Of a DNA stretch of 64,000 nucleotides, positions 1 to 10,688 are shown in pieces; position 1 is the stretch's first letter, and each line of letters begins with the position of its first letter. A program made the translations under genes and the position numbers. Source of the DNA: Rubripirellula sp. GTDB lineage: Bacteria > Planctomycetota > Planctomycetia > Pirellulales > Pirellulaceae. The DNA is taken from contig OZ244207.1 in the NCBI GenBank assembly GCA_965216875.1, forward strand, positions 288,001 through 352,000. Reading direction: 5' to 3'. The notes below the pieces were generated by a model. That model made no database searches and had not been told where the DNA came from. It saw only the letters and a program-made list of their open reading frames with translations.

Positions 1-478
1 CAAACTCGAGTGTGGTCGAATCGTCACCCAGCGACGGCAACACCGAGACGTCGAGTCCGGTTGGCAATTCGAGGTCAAGTTGATCGTCGCCGCCGAGCAT
101 GTCGAAGACGATTTGGCCGCCCGTGACATCGGCTGGATTCAGTGGCGACGTTTCGGCGCCCGGTCCATCGGGATGATTGGTGATCGGGATGACGGTTCCA
201 CCACCGTCGCGCAACAAAAGCTCGCCGGCGCTGTCGACATCAAGATCGACACTTTCCGCACCATCAGTGCCGGTAACAAACAAACCCAAAGCGGTCAGTT
301 CGGCGGTCGCATTGAGAACCAACCGCGGCTCGAGCGGTCGCACTTGCGGGCGAAACGCCTCCGGCTCGGCGGCGATGGCCGCTCTGTTGCGAACGATCAG
401 TCTGCGCAGAAGACGACGCAAGGAAAACGCGTTGACACGGTCGAGCGATGGTCGCTGGGATTGTGCTCGAGCGCACAT
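1..478 (-). CDS. LEPR-xLL (planctomycete extracellular signal) large secreted protein, N-terminal part, runs off the window edge
   Basis: Not in the ORF track. Manual translation from ATG at 478: MCARAQSQRPSLDRVNAFSLRRLLRRLIVRNR...FRPQVRPLEPRLVLNATAELT..., open to base 1. Arg-rich leader then LEPRLVL motif. Confidence 0.8.
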   Translation of the reverse strand, partial: MCARAQSQRPSLDRVNAFSLRRLLRRLIVRNRAAIAAEPEAFRPQVRPLEPRLVLNATAELTALGLFVTGTDGAESVDLDVDSAGELLLRDGGGTVIPITNHPDGPGAETSPLNPADVTGGQIVFDMLGGDDQLDLELPTGLDVSVLPSLGDDSTTLEF

Positions 479-630
479 TGGTTTTCTCGTAGCTGCTGTC
501 CCAAAAACGGGCGAGCAAGGCTACGGCTCGCAGGGACTGGATCCAACCACCATATTAGTCGGAACTCGCTTTGGCGTCAGAACGAAGCGACGGCGTTTGG
601 CTGGTGGAACCAGGTGTCGGTGAGCGCGAG

Positions 631-841
631 GTAGCTACCTTCGCCAGAAGGTGGTCTGTGTTGGCAGACGGCCACCCACCATCCCACGCTCTGGCGAGCG
701 TAGCTACGTACTGAGGAGAGCAAAGCCCGGCCGCTTACGCGATCGCGGCTCAAGAGGGCGCGAGGTAGCTACCTTTGCCAGAAGGTGGTCTGTGCTGGCA
801 GACGTCCACCCACCACCCCACGCTCTGGCGAGCGTAGCTAC
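631..841. repeat. BIME-like REP cluster: two inverted REP pairs plus a second palindrome type
   Basis: GTAGCTACCTTCGCCAGAAGGTGG...CCACGCTCTGGCGAGCGTAGCTAC at 631-707 and 765-841, separated by GCCCGGCCGCTTACGCGATCGCGGCTC (725-751). Confidence 0.85.
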
Positions 842-889
842 GGCGTTTGAATCCGTTTGATGTCAGGCCGTTTCGGACCGCAATGCGGC

Positions 890-1447
890 TCAGGCAGCCA
901 GCGAGTTTTGGCCAAGCGACGATTCACCTGCCAGGGATCGACGCCGGCTTTGAGCCATTTGGCGCGACAGTTCGAAGCAGCCGAACATCAGCACGGTGAA
1001 GAACAAGTCACCGGCAATCGTGTAGCCGAAGAAGGGGATCGCGTTGAAGTAGCAGGTGCCCAGTCCGGCAGCGGTCATCGGGTACCAACCTGCCATCCAG
1101 ACGCCAAAGTTGCTCAACAGGAAGAAGCTGGCCGAAGCAGCGAGCGAGCCGGCCGGGATGCGAACCCAACGATTGCCCTCACGCAAGTGGCGACCGATTG
1201 GAACGGTCACCATGGCGGCGATGTAGACCATCGCCATCGCGACGGGGCTGTAGAAACCCATTCCAGGCACAGCAAAGATCTGACCAACCACATCGCTGAT
1301 GAGCAGCACGGCCAAGGGGACCAAATAGGCTCGGCGCCCCGTCATGTAGCACCCTGCAAACAGCCCGAGAGCTCCCAGGCACGCAACGTTTGGCGGGTGG
1401 GGCAGGAAACGGCTGACAGCGACGACGAGGGTGAGGACGTAAAACAT
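890..1447 (-). CDS. DUF6580-like membrane protein, putative vitamin transporter substrate component
   Basis: RFLPHPPN, FFLLSNFGVW, YPMT..GL..CY..AIPFF..T..GDL motifs; multiple TM helices. Confidence 0.7.
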   Translation of the reverse strand: MFYVLTLVVAVSRFLPHPPNVACLGALGLFAGCYMTGRRAYLVPLAVLLISDVVGQIFAVPGMGFYSPVAMAMVYIAAMVTVPIGRHLREGNRWVRIPAGSLAASASFFLLSNFGVWMAGWYPMTAAGLGTCYFNAIPFFGYTIAGDLFFTVLMFGCFELSRQMAQSRRRSLAGESSLGQNSLAA

Positions 1448-1605
1448 GAATGAACCAGACGGGCCAGAATTCGAGGAATTGCTTCACACTGTTCTAGCGT
1501 TTTTCAGAGGCGGGCAAAAGACGGCTCCTGTCTGTTTGCCCGATCGCATTGCCCGGTGCCTCGCACAGCCCTGAATCGGCATCGTCGCTGTGGGGAAGTG
1601 GTCGC

Positions 1606-2301
1606 TTACGGGAAGGCGACGATGACCCCGGCAACCACCCCCGCCTGAACCACGGCCGCATTTCGCTCGAGCGGTGGGCGTTGAAGCATCACGGGGCCAC
1701 AGGATCCCGAGCGATAATAGCCCATGGTCGATTCGCACTCACAGGGCGGCCGAACCGTCATCAAGTAGGGCATCATCGGAACGGTCGCGAAGAACCGAGC
1801 TCCACTGGTAATCGGCGTCAAACAGGGGAAGCGTTCTTGCCCGTGCCGTTCGAGCATTCGATCTTCGAAGTACCGTGGATGCGAAAACGTATTTGCCGCA
1901 GCCCAATTCGAAACGGCCCAATTCCAGTCTTCCCCACGTTCACGCGCGTCTTCGGGCAGCGGCTGGGTTGGTGATGGCTTGCCACCGCGGAAACCCTCCG
2001 GAATGCGTCCGTTGCCAATGCTGCCGGTTTCCGTCGAAACGGCGGCGATCGGTGGGAGTGCGAGGCCGCCATCTTGTACCTGCGGCAACCATTGCTCACG
2101 TTCGCGAACCATTTCGCTGATTTCCTGTTCGACGCGATCAGGCGTGTCAGCGGGAATGAGCGGGATGTCACTCGGACTTACCGGTTGACGCTGTTCGGGA
2201 ATACGATTGATCGGTTCTTCTTGGCCGATCGCACTTCCGATGGTCATGGTGCAGACGAGTGATGCCAGCGCAGCGCGCAGGGAGGTTGAAGACATCTTCA
2301 T
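1606..2301 (-). CDS. Conserved planctomycete secreted hypothetical protein
   Basis: Signal peptide; HPRYFED..LERHG and GYYRSGSC motifs. Confidence 0.7.
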   Translation of the reverse strand: MKMSSTSLRAALASLVCTMTIGSAIGQEEPINRIPEQRQPVSPSDIPLIPADTPDRVEQEISEMVREREQWLPQVQDGGLALPPIAAVSTETGSIGNGRIPEGFRGGKPSPTQPLPEDARERGEDWNWAVSNWAAANTFSHPRYFEDRMLERHGQERFPCLTPITSGARFFATVPMMPYLMTVRPPCECESTMGYYRSGSCGPVMLQRPPLERNAAVVQAGVVAGVIVAFP

Positions 2302-2720
2302 CGTTAGGGTCCATCAATTCTTTGGGGAGGTCATTCAATGCAATCGACTGACCGGCCCCGGCAAATCAAATGCTTCACCTCCCCGACCAACAACCATCAC
2401 AAAGATCAGAACCGCAACCGCAGAGAGTCCAAACTCGTCGTCGTTCATCCGCTAGGATCCGAACCACCGTTGCGTTCCGCACCCGTGAACAACCGACGCC
2501 CGCTTGGGAAGTTCGTAGTACCGAGCATTAGCCGAGATCTTCAGACGCTTCCGCCTAAAGGCGGGACTACGAACCGCGACGCAGTGCGGCTGAGAGAGCG
2601 TTGCCACCGGGAGAGTGCGGCGGCGATTGGGACGAAACGGTTGTGTCGATCGTTTCGTTTGCCGGTTCCGTCGAACAAGGTATGGTTAAGGGAACGTCGT
2701 CCAACGAAACGAGCGGTGAC

Positions 2721-3692
2721 ATGGCTGAGAATGAAGAGAGACGCGAAAAGATTCGCCCGCAGCGAGCACGCATGGGCTTGCCAGCGCGGCTGGCGTTTTC
2801 TGCGTTGTTTTTTGGCGGAGCAGCCTACTTTGTTTCGCAGACCGATTACGTCTTGGCTGCCTTTCTTGCCGCAACCGGGATCGCCGCCTTTGGTGGCTAC
2901 CGCGCCGGAGCTGTCCGCATCTTTGGAACGCTCATCGCCTTCACCGCGGCAATCCTTGTTGCACCCAGTATCGGGATGGGCAACGAAGAACGTTTCGCCG
3001 GCTGGTTCGGCACAACGGGACTGACCAATCGAGTCCTTGCCATCGGCGCGGTGGGGATCCTGATCTCGATGATTGTGTCGATGATCACCTTCCTCGTGGC
3101 GGGCATGTTCCTTGCAAAACGTCCGAAACTCGATTCCGCGAATCGATGGCTTGGTTTCGGGATCGGTGCTGCGGAGGGAATGATCGGAATCTTGTTGCTG
3201 CTTGGTGGTTTGTTGATCATCGAGCCAACGCTGCGCGATCGCATGGCAAAGCTCAACGCAGCCGACGCCCAGCGCGCACGTGTCGCCAATTGGGTGCTCG
3301 CCGTCAACGACAATGTGCATTCGAGTCGGGTTGGCCATTTGGTCGAACAATACAACCCGTTCAAACTCGTTCCTCAACTCAACAAGCTCGAAGAAATCCA
3401 GCAGAGCGTTACCGTACTGAGCGACCCACAAAAGATTGACGAGCTGATTCAACACCCGTCCATCAAAGACCTTCAAAAGCGACCCGAAGTGAAACAGGCC
3501 GTTCGCTCGTTGATGCAGGATCCTGAGATCAAAGAGATTCTCAGTTCGGGAAAGAGAATTGATCGCGATTCAGCGATGAAGTTTCTCAATCATCCCGCGG
3601 TGCTGGAATTGATTGACCAGCCCGGCTTCACCGAAGAAGCTTATCGAATCATTCAAGAATCGGGCGCGATGCCATTTGCGCCGACACGATGA
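2721..3692 (+). CDS. CvpA (colicin V production) family membrane protein with C-terminal helical domain
   Basis: GYRAG...NRWLGFGIGAAEG TM pattern; start moved to ATG 2721. Confidence 0.7.
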   Translation: MAENEERREKIRPQRARMGLPARLAFSALFFGGAAYFVSQTDYVLAAFLAATGIAAFGGYRAGAVRIFGTLIAFTAAILVAPSIGMGNEERFAGWFGTTGLTNRVLAIGAVGILISMIVSMITFLVAGMFLAKRPKLDSANRWLGFGIGAAEGMIGILLLLGGLLIIEPTLRDRMAKLNAADAQRARVANWVLAVNDNVHSSRVGHLVEQYNPFKLVPQLNKLEEIQQSVTVLSDPQKIDELIQHPSIKDLQKRPEVKQAVRSLMQDPEIKEILSSGKRIDRDSAMKFLNHPAVLELIDQPGFTEEAYRIIQESGAMPFAPTR

Positions 3693-3703
3693 GCATGCGG
3701 ACC

Positions 3704-3949
3704 GTAGATACCTTCGCCAGAAGGTGGTTTGTGTCGGCAAACACTCGGCCATCACCCCACGCTCTGGCGAGCGTAGCTACGGTGAGTTATGGGCCCGGCC
3801 GCTTACGCGATCGCGGCTTACGGTGACGAGATGTAGCCACCTTCGCCAGAAGGTGGTTTGTGTTGGCGAGCGGACAACCGCCACCCCACGCTCTGGCGAG
3901 CGTAGCTACGGTGAGTTATGGGCACGGCCGCTTACGCGATCGCGGCTCA
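3704..3949. repeat. BIME-like REP cluster of the same family as 631-841, between convergent genes
   Basis: Two ~129-bp units (REP pairs 3704-3780 and 3833-3909), each followed by GGCCGCTTACGCGATCGCGGCT. Confidence 0.85.
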
Positions 3950-3975
3950 GTGGAGTGCTGCTTGCTTAATTTTGC

Positions 3976-4527
3976 CTACTTCTTTTCGCTCTCGTCTTTC
4001 TTGTCGGATTCTTTGACAAACCGAAGCGAAGCACTGTTCATGCAGTAGCGTTTTCCGGTTGGTTTCGGTCCGTCATCAAACACGTGCCCCAAGTGGGCTC
4101 CGCAGCGTTTGCAGTGGACTTCAACGCGGGTGTAAAAGAGTTTGTTGTCGGTTCGAAAACCGACGCTCTCGCGTTTCATCGGTGCCCAGAAACTTGGCCA
4201 CCCGGTACCCGACTTGTACTTGGTGTTGCTGGTAAAGAGATCGCGATCACAAACGATGCACTTGTAGACCCCGTCGACCTTGTTGTTCCAATACTTGTTG
4301 CGAAACGCTTTTTCGGTCGCTTCGTTCTGAGTCACGTCGTATTGCATCCTGGAGAGCTTGCGACGCAGTTCGGCTTGCGAGGGTTTGACGTACGGCTTTT
4401 CTTCCTCGGCTTCGGCGCCCTTTTCCTGGGCGACCTCCTGCGGCGATGAGGCTTCATCATCAGCGACGACCTGCCAGGAAAGTCCTGTCAGTGAAATCGC
4501 GATCGCAATAAACAACGTTTTCTTCAT
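3976..4527 (-). CDS. msrB: Peptide-methionine (R)-S-oxide reductase with signal peptide
   Basis: CIVC, KYKSGTGWPSF, RVEVHCKRCGAHLGHVFDDGP, RYCMNS; start MKKTLFIAI at 4527. Confidence 0.95.
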   Translation of the reverse strand: MKKTLFIAIAISLTGLSWQVVADDEASSPQEVAQEKGAEAEEEKPYVKPSQAELRRKLSRMQYDVTQNEATEKAFRNKYWNNKVDGVYKCIVCDRDLFTSNTKYKSGTGWPSFWAPMKRESVGFRTDNKLFYTRVEVHCKRCGAHLGHVFDDGPKPTGKRYCMNSASLRFVKESDKKDESEKK

Positions 4528-4663
4528 CGTCTCACTCCAGGGCTGGTGAGTGGGCAGAGTTTCAGTTGTTTGTCGGTTAATATGGAGCCATCGATTGTTC
4601 GAGAGCTTCCAAATACCGTGACGGAAGACGCCCGCGAGCACCTTCCGCTTGACCAAACATTAT

Positions 4664-5752
4664 ATGTCGACCGTCCAGCTGCGCGAAATCAAACATTCCT
4701 ACGGCCCGCGCAGGGTCCTCGACGGCTTGAATTTGACCGCGGAGTCGGGGCGATACGTGGTTTTGCTGGGCGAGAGCGGTTGTGGCAAAACCACAACCCT
4801 TCAATTGATCGCCGGCCTTCAGAAACCGTCATCGGGCAGCGTTCTGTTAGATGGCCAACCGATCGACGGTGTTCCGCCCAGGCGTCGCGATGTGTCGATG
4901 GTCTTCCAGCATGACGCCCTCTACCCCCACCTGACCGTCCGCGGATCGATCGAATTCGGCTTGCGAAAAATCGTCGCCGGCAAGGAGCTGCCAAGGCGGA
5001 TCGAAGAGGCGGCGGAATTGGCCGGCGCGACGGGCCTGCTCGATCGTTACCCCGACAAGCTGAGCGGCGGCGAACTACGCCGGGCGTCGATTGCCAAAGC
5101 CATCGCGCGGCGAGCATCGGTGAGGCTGATGGATGAGCCAATGTCGGCGCTCGATGCATCCGTTCGGCACGAGTTGCAACAGGATCTGTTGAATTGGCAT
5201 CGGAGCACTTCGGGGACGACCCTGCACGTGACCCATGATGGTGCCGAAGCGATGCGGATGGCCGACGACATCGCGGTCATGAAGGGAGGACGGATTGTTC
5301 AGCTCGGTGAGCCCGAAGAAATCTACCGTCGCCCGGAGCACCTTGCCGTTGCCAAAGCAATCGGTTGGCCGCCGATGAATGTGATCCCGGCGAATGTGAT
5401 TCAGGGAGGAGCTGCTTCAATCGTAGGGCCCACTCCTGAGTTGGCCGCGCCATGGGTTGTCGGCTTCCGAGCAAATGCGATTGAGATCGTCGCCGCTGGG
5501 AACGATCAAGCGACGTCGGGGGCTTCGGTGAACAGCGGTCTTTTCCTCGACGTTCATGTCGAATCTGCACAGTTTGTCGACGGTCGAATTCAGATTTCGG
5601 GTCTCTGTGGAACCGAGTCGATCTTGGCGTCCGCCCAAACGGGTGCCGCATTGACGGTCGGGTCGGCGATGCGTTGGCACGTCGACGCGCGCGAGCTGCA
5701 TTTCTTCTCGGTCGAAAGCGGGCATCGAATCGACGTCGAATCAGTCGGCTGA
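4664..5752 (+). CDS. ABC transporter ATP-binding protein (MalK/PotA-like)
   Basis: Walker A GESGCGKTT, VFQ..ALYPH, LSGG, MDEPMSALD, HVTHD. Confidence 0.9.
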   Translation: MSTVQLREIKHSYGPRRVLDGLNLTAESGRYVVLLGESGCGKTTTLQLIAGLQKPSSGSVLLDGQPIDGVPPRRRDVSMVFQHDALYPHLTVRGSIEFGLRKIVAGKELPRRIEEAAELAGATGLLDRYPDKLSGGELRRASIAKAIARRASVRLMDEPMSALDASVRHELQQDLLNWHRSTSGTTLHVTHDGAEAMRMADDIAVMKGGRIVQLGEPEEIYRRPEHLAVAKAIGWPPMNVIPANVIQGGAASIVGPTPELAAPWVVGFRANAIEIVAAGNDQATSGASVNSGLFLDVHVESAQFVDGRIQISGLCGTESILASAQTGAALTVGSAMRWHVDARELHFFSVESGHRIDVESVG

Positions 5753-5784
5753 CGTAGCGCCGGTTCGTTCGCTACGATGCCTGG

Positions 5785-6546
5785 ATGGAATACCTTGTTT
5801 CCCTCCTGCCGTTTGTCCTTGTCGTTTGCATTGGCATCTTCGTTCAATCGGCGACCGGATTCGCAGCAGGTTTGTTGATCGTGCCGACGCTGATGTGGTT
5901 CGGCTACTCCATTCCCGAAGCCCAATGCGCGCTGCTCGTCGCGACCGTGCCACAGAATGTTTGGGGCGTTTGGAGCCTGAGGGATTCGGTCGAGTTCAAG
6001 CAGACGCTGTGGCCTGGAATTGGTCGCATCAGTTTCTTGCCTCTCGGCGTGATCGCTCTTCGATCGATCGAAGCATTGGACGTGACGACGCTGCGCCAGA
6101 TCGTCGGTGCCATCGTCTTGTTGGTGACTCTCGCGGTCATGTCGTTTCGTCCCGCCCCGCGCGAGAAACTGCATCCCATTTGGACGCTCGTCGCCTTTCC
6201 AATCAGCGGATTCTTTCAAGGGCTGGTTGGGATGGGAGGTCCGGCGATGGTCTTTTGGGTACAAGCCCATGATTGGAGCAGCCGGAAGATGCGTGCGTTT
6301 ATGTTCTCGATGTACTTGGTCAGCATCGCCCCGGCGCTTCTGTTCCTTTACCTCGCTTTTGGCGATCGCATTATCCAGCCTGCGGTGGTCACGACCCTGC
6401 TGGTGCCGCTATTGTTGCTGGTGACGTATTACGGGTTGCGATTCGGAACGTGGTTGGGGCGCGCTCGGTTGAGACGCGTGTCGATGGTCCTGCTGCTGTT
6501 GATCGGTCTTGCTGGACTTGCCGCGCCCCTGATCACGCCGAATTGA
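5785..6546 (+). CDS. Sulfite exporter TauE/SafE family protein
   Basis: QSATGFAAGL and SGFFQGLVGMGGP repeats; about 8 TM. Confidence 0.85.
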   Translation: MEYLVSLLPFVLVVCIGIFVQSATGFAAGLLIVPTLMWFGYSIPEAQCALLVATVPQNVWGVWSLRDSVEFKQTLWPGIGRISFLPLGVIALRSIEALDVTTLRQIVGAIVLLVTLAVMSFRPAPREKLHPIWTLVAFPISGFFQGLVGMGGPAMVFWVQAHDWSSRKMRAFMFSMYLVSIAPALLFLYLAFGDRIIQPAVVTTLLVPLLLLVTYYGLRFGTWLGRARLRRVSMVLLLLIGLAGLAAPLITPN

Positions 6547-6659
6547 ACCTTGAGTCCTTATCGATGCTCGATGCGATCGCTTGCCCCAACGGCTGATCGC
6601 TTTACCCCGCCGGCCGGTCACCTTCGCTCGCCGGCTGCATGCCTGGAGTTTGAAATCCG

Positions 6660-7553
6660 ATGTTGCTCGCTTCGACCATCAGCCTGGGTGCCGAGACGCC
6701 TCTGTTCTCCTTCGAATCAGGCGTCGCCTTGTTGGCCCTGACGGCGATGGAGATTGTGCTCGGGATCGACAACATCGTGTTCATCGCGATCATCACCGGA
6801 CGATTGCCCGAGGAGAAACGGTCCTTCGCACGACGGTTTGGGTTGGTGCTCGCGATGGTCATGCGGATCTTGTTGTTGTTCGCGATTGGCGCTCTGGCAA
6901 CCTTGACCGAACCGCTCTTTCACGTCGCTGACCTGATCCCGATTGAATCGATCGCCAACGAGCTTCGCGCCGATGAAGAGATCAGCGGTGTTTCGGGCCG
7001 CGACCTCATCTTATTGCTAGGCGGCCTTTTCCTACTTTGGACCGCCGTCCGTGAGATTCATCACAAGATCGAAGGCGACGCCGAAGAGGCTGAGATTGGA
7101 AACCTGCCAGGCGACGAAGGCGGCGCGGCCGATGGCATCACCCCCGCATCACAAGCCAAGGAAAAGATCACGGTCAGCGGCGTTCTGTTTCGAATCGCGT
7201 TCATGGACGTGATTTTCTCGCTCGACTCGGTGATCACCGCGGTCGGCATGGCAAGCCATATCGAGATCATGATCGCCGCAGTCGTCATTTCGATTGGCGT
7301 GATGATCACGTTTGCCAATCAGATCAGTGACTTTGTCCAGGATCATCCGACCGTCAAAATGTTGGCTCTCTCGTTCTTGATCCTGATCGCCGTCGTCCTG
7401 GTCAGTGAAGGTGCTGGGACGCCGATCAACAAAGGCTATGTGTACTTTGCGATGGCCTTTTCGCTGATGGTCGAGTTCTTGAACCTGCGCGTGAGCATGA
7501 AGCGCGTTCGACCCAGTCGTGGTGAAGGCGAAACGGGAACGATTCGGACGTAA
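6660..7553 (+). CDS. TerC family membrane protein
   Basis: MEIVLGIDNIVFI, DVIFSLDSVITAVG, KGYVYFAMAFS. Confidence 0.92.
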   Translation: MLLASTISLGAETPLFSFESGVALLALTAMEIVLGIDNIVFIAIITGRLPEEKRSFARRFGLVLAMVMRILLLFAIGALATLTEPLFHVADLIPIESIANELRADEEISGVSGRDLILLLGGLFLLWTAVREIHHKIEGDAEEAEIGNLPGDEGGAADGITPASQAKEKITVSGVLFRIAFMDVIFSLDSVITAVGMASHIEIMIAAVVISIGVMITFANQISDFVQDHPTVKMLALSFLILIAVVLVSEGAGTPINKGYVYFAMAFSLMVEFLNLRVSMKRVRPSRGEGETGTIRT

Positions 7554-7747
7554 TCGGGGGCCTGCTCGCGATTTGGCGTCAGAAGAGTGGCAACAAAAAA
7601 CACAAGATGACACGAAGAGGCTGCTGTCAGGGGAAGATAGAATAGGGGCTTGTGCCGCTCGTCGAAGGTTGGGCTTCCCACCCTTTGGCGAAGCGAGCTG
7701 CGAAGATGTTTAGCGACCCGAAACATTCCTAGTGACCTGCAGGTGAG

Positions 7748-8713
7748 ATGGCTTCTACGACCGCCGAGACCGTTTCGTCACACGGGGTGACGATTGATGC
7801 CCAGTCACATCAGAAGCTGCATGCGATGAGCCATGCGTCGCTGGTTCGCGGCGTGGTCTTTGTCGTGCTCTATTTCGCGAGCGTCGGCGGTGTTCTCACG
7901 ATCCTATCCACGCAGGAAGGCGTCTGGCGTTGGGGCCCAATGCGTTGGGGCTGCTGCGTTCCGCTCTACTTGATTGCTGCAGCCTCACTTCACGGGGTGA
8001 GTTTATTCACGCACGAAGCTGTTCACGGCGTGCTCAGCCGCATCCGGATCGTCAATCGATGGATGGGTATGATCTGCGCGATGCCAGTACTGCAGAACTT
8101 TTCAGCCTACAAAGTCTTGCATCTGAGGCATCACAAACACCTCGGCCAGGATGGCGATCCCGATCACTACGACAACTACAGTCGTTGGACATGGTTGGTC
8201 TTTTCGATGCACTGGGTGCGGTTGTTGGTCGGCTATCCGATCTATATCGTCATGATTCCGATCCTCGGGTATCGGCAGGCCAACCCAGCCGATCGGCGTT
8301 GGATACTGTTCGAAGTCGCGTTGCTGGCTTGTGCGGTCACGCTCATTCTCTCTTCGCCCGTTTCTTGGTGGACGCTTTGGCATGCGTGGGCCGTGCCGAT
8401 GTTGATCATCAACACGTTTGTGAACATTCGAGGGATGAGCCAGCACACATTTCTTGAGCTTCCAGAGGATCCCGTTCAGGGGACACGGTCAATACTGACC
8501 AACCCGGTCACCGAGTTTTTCATGTGCAATGAAAACTACCACCTCGAGCATCATCTCTTTCCGCGTGTGCCGTGGTACCACTTGAAGGGGCTGCATGCCG
8601 AAATCAAAGATCAACTCACCGAACGCCGCGCCCCCTTCGTCGCGTCTTACTTCGAGTTTGTACGTGAATTCGTTCGGAAAAGCTGGGCTCGAAGTCCGCT
8701 AGGCCGAGGCTAA
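7748..8713 (+). CDS. Membrane fatty acid desaturase family protein
   Basis: His boxes HEAVH, HLRHH, YHLEHH; FPRVPWYHL. Confidence 0.9.
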   Translation: MASTTAETVSSHGVTIDAQSHQKLHAMSHASLVRGVVFVVLYFASVGGVLTILSTQEGVWRWGPMRWGCCVPLYLIAAASLHGVSLFTHEAVHGVLSRIRIVNRWMGMICAMPVLQNFSAYKVLHLRHHKHLGQDGDPDHYDNYSRWTWLVFSMHWVRLLVGYPIYIVMIPILGYRQANPADRRWILFEVALLACAVTLILSSPVSWWTLWHAWAVPMLIINTFVNIRGMSQHTFLELPEDPVQGTRSILTNPVTEFFMCNENYHLEHHLFPRVPWYHLKGLHAEIKDQLTERRAPFVASYFEFVREFVRKSWARSPLGRG

Positions 8714-8716
8714 CGC

Positions 8717-9595
8717 GTGCTGGCGGAAAGACCATCGACAACCCACAGCAGTACGCTGATGCGGCACGAGGTTCTGCTCATGCTGATGGGCCTTGGCACT
8801 CTTGTCGCCTTGCTTGTGGGGACAGAAAACTCCCATCGGGTCTGCGCCGAGGTGTTTCTTGCAACGGCCATCTACGCAGGCCTTGGTCTCCTACTGGGAC
8901 GCCTCCGTTCCGGCCACACCGTCAAGCTACGCTTGTCGCTCGGATATTTCTATGTCCTTTGGTACTTCTTGTCAGTCGCTCGGTTTGTCGAGGCGTTGGA
9001 GCTGACAACCTTTGACACGACCTTGCTCGCCATCGACCAAAAGTTCCTTGGCGATACGCCCGCAGTCACGCTCGATCGTTGGGTCTCGCCCGCAGCGACC
9101 GAAGTCATGAGTGGCTTGTATCTGTCGTATCTCGTTTATTTGCACGTTGCGATCGTGCACGCGTTGGTTATGCCGGTCGAGACGAGCCGCAAGTTTGCGA
9201 CCTGGTTGTTTAGCGCGTATGCGATCAGTATGCCCTGCTATTTGCTCGTCCCCGCGGTTGGTCCCAAGCTTGCCTTTGCTGATCTGTTTGCCAGCGACTT
9301 GGTCGGAGGCTTTCTCTCTCGCTGGAATCGTCGGATCGTCGAGCCGGCCGGTGCAAAGTACGATGTCTTTCCCAGTCTACACGTGTTGATCACTTTGACG
9401 CTGTTGACCTTCGACTACCGTTTCTGTCGCATTCGGTTTTACGTGATGTCGGTTGTCGCCATCGGGATTTTTGCATCAACGCTTTATTTGCGTTACCACT
9501 ATCTTGTCGATCTTGTCGCTGGGATTGGTTTCTACTTCGTGGCGCTGGTTCTCTTTTGGGAAAGGAAAGAATTGGATGTGGCTACCGACACCTGA
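8717..9595 (+). CDS. PAP2 superfamily membrane protein (PAP2_3, Aur1/IPC-synthase-like)
   Basis: YLLVPAVGP, DVFPSLHV, STLYLRYHYLVDL motifs. Confidence 0.85.
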   Translation: MLAERPSTTHSSTLMRHEVLLMLMGLGTLVALLVGTENSHRVCAEVFLATAIYAGLGLLLGRLRSGHTVKLRLSLGYFYVLWYFLSVARFVEALELTTFDTTLLAIDQKFLGDTPAVTLDRWVSPAATEVMSGLYLSYLVYLHVAIVHALVMPVETSRKFATWLFSAYAISMPCYLLVPAVGPKLAFADLFASDLVGGFLSRWNRRIVEPAGAKYDVFPSLHVLITLTLLTFDYRFCRIRFYVMSVVAIGIFASTLYLRYHYLVDLVAGIGFYFVALVLFWERKELDVATDT

Positions 9596-10688
9596 ATCGG
9601 AAGAGGGTGAGCAAGCGGATTGGGGTGAGTCGGCGGCCAAGCTTCCGTTGGCGTTTGCACAGGTGCGCGAAGATCCTGAGGTCGACTTGCAGATCCTCGA
9701 TCGCCTTGAGTCTCCCAAGCGAGCGTTGATGATTGCATCCGGCGGTGAAACGGCGGCCGTACTCGCCACCCGGTCGCTTGAACAGATTCATTTGGTCGAC
9801 GTGAATCCAGCTCAAGTCGCGCTGACCTTCTACAAGCTGTTCTTGCTTGAAACACATAGCGCGGCCGAAAGATTGGCGCTGCTGGGGCATGCCGACTGCG
9901 ACCCCGAGCAACGTCAAAACACGCTCGATGGGTATTTGCATTCGATCGAATTGCCGTCCGATTTCTTCGGCCCCGCAGAGACGATTGCGCGGTTTGGTGT
10001 CGACTATTGCGGCCGATACGAATGGCTGTTCGCGCGGATGCGACAACGACTTCGTCCTCACCAGGACGCGTTGCATGAGCTGCTCTGCCTTTCGGATCCA
10101 GAGAAACAGTCAGCGATCGCTGCACCGCGCACAACGCTTGGGCAAGCCATCGATGCGGCGTTCGAAGAAACGATGGAGCTTTCAAAGTTGGTCGAATTGT
10201 TTGGTCCCGACGCAACAGCTAATCGAGTCAAGCCGTTTAGCCAACACTTTGCGGATCAAACCCGTGCGGTACTTCGATCGCAGTCTGCTGCAAACAACCC
10301 GTTCTTGCATGATCTGTTTCTCGGGCGATTTGACTCTTCGCCCTGGGATTGGTTGAAGCTTGACCCACAGGAGATACAACCCGCGTTTTCATGGTCGGTA
10401 TCAACGATGAAGGAGTACCTAGAGTCGGAGGACGATCTCCGATTTGATTTCATCCATTTGTCGAACACGCTCGATTGGATCAGTCCCGAGGAGGCAAAGA
10501 CGGTCCTGAAATTAGCTCACCAGAAACTCACAAGTGGCGGAGCCGTCTTGATTCGTCAACTCAATTCGCAACTCGATATTCGTGCGATCGAAAGCGAGCT
10601 CCGTTGGGATGTTGAACTCTCGACGCAGCTTCATCGTAGAGATAAGAGTTTCTTTTATCGAGAACTCCATGTCGGGTGGAAACATTGA
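9576..10688 (+). CDS. DUF3419 / BtaA-like SAM-dependent transferase
   Basis: FAQVREDPEVD, IASGG, VDVNPAQ, GRYE, LSNTLDW; ATG 9576 preceded by AAAGGAAAG. Confidence 0.75.
   Translation: MWLPTPESEEGEQADWGESAAKLPLAFAQVREDPEVDLQILDRLESPKRALMIASGGETAAVLATRSLEQIHLVDVNPAQVALTFYKLFLLETHSAAERLALLGHADCDPEQRQNTLDGYLHSIELPSDFFGPAETIARFGVDYCGRYEWLFARMRQRLRPHQDALHELLCLSDPEKQSAIAAPRTTLGQAIDAAFEETMELSKLVELFGPDATANRVKPFSQHFADQTRAVLRSQSAANNPFLHDLFLGRFDSSPWDWLKLDPQEIQPAFSWSVSTMKEYLESEDDLRFDFIHLSNTLDWISPEEAKTVLKLAHQKLTSGGAVLIRQLNSQLDIRAIESELRWDVELSTQLHRRDKSFFYRELHVGWKH

Noticed and set aside
624..860. Short ORFs over the REP clusters (also 3570-4048)
   Set aside because: They are translations of the palindromic repeats (PRSGERSY)
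1448..1605. Cobalamin riboswitch upstream of the DUF6580-like gene
   Set aside because: No recognisable B12-box elements, and the gap is short
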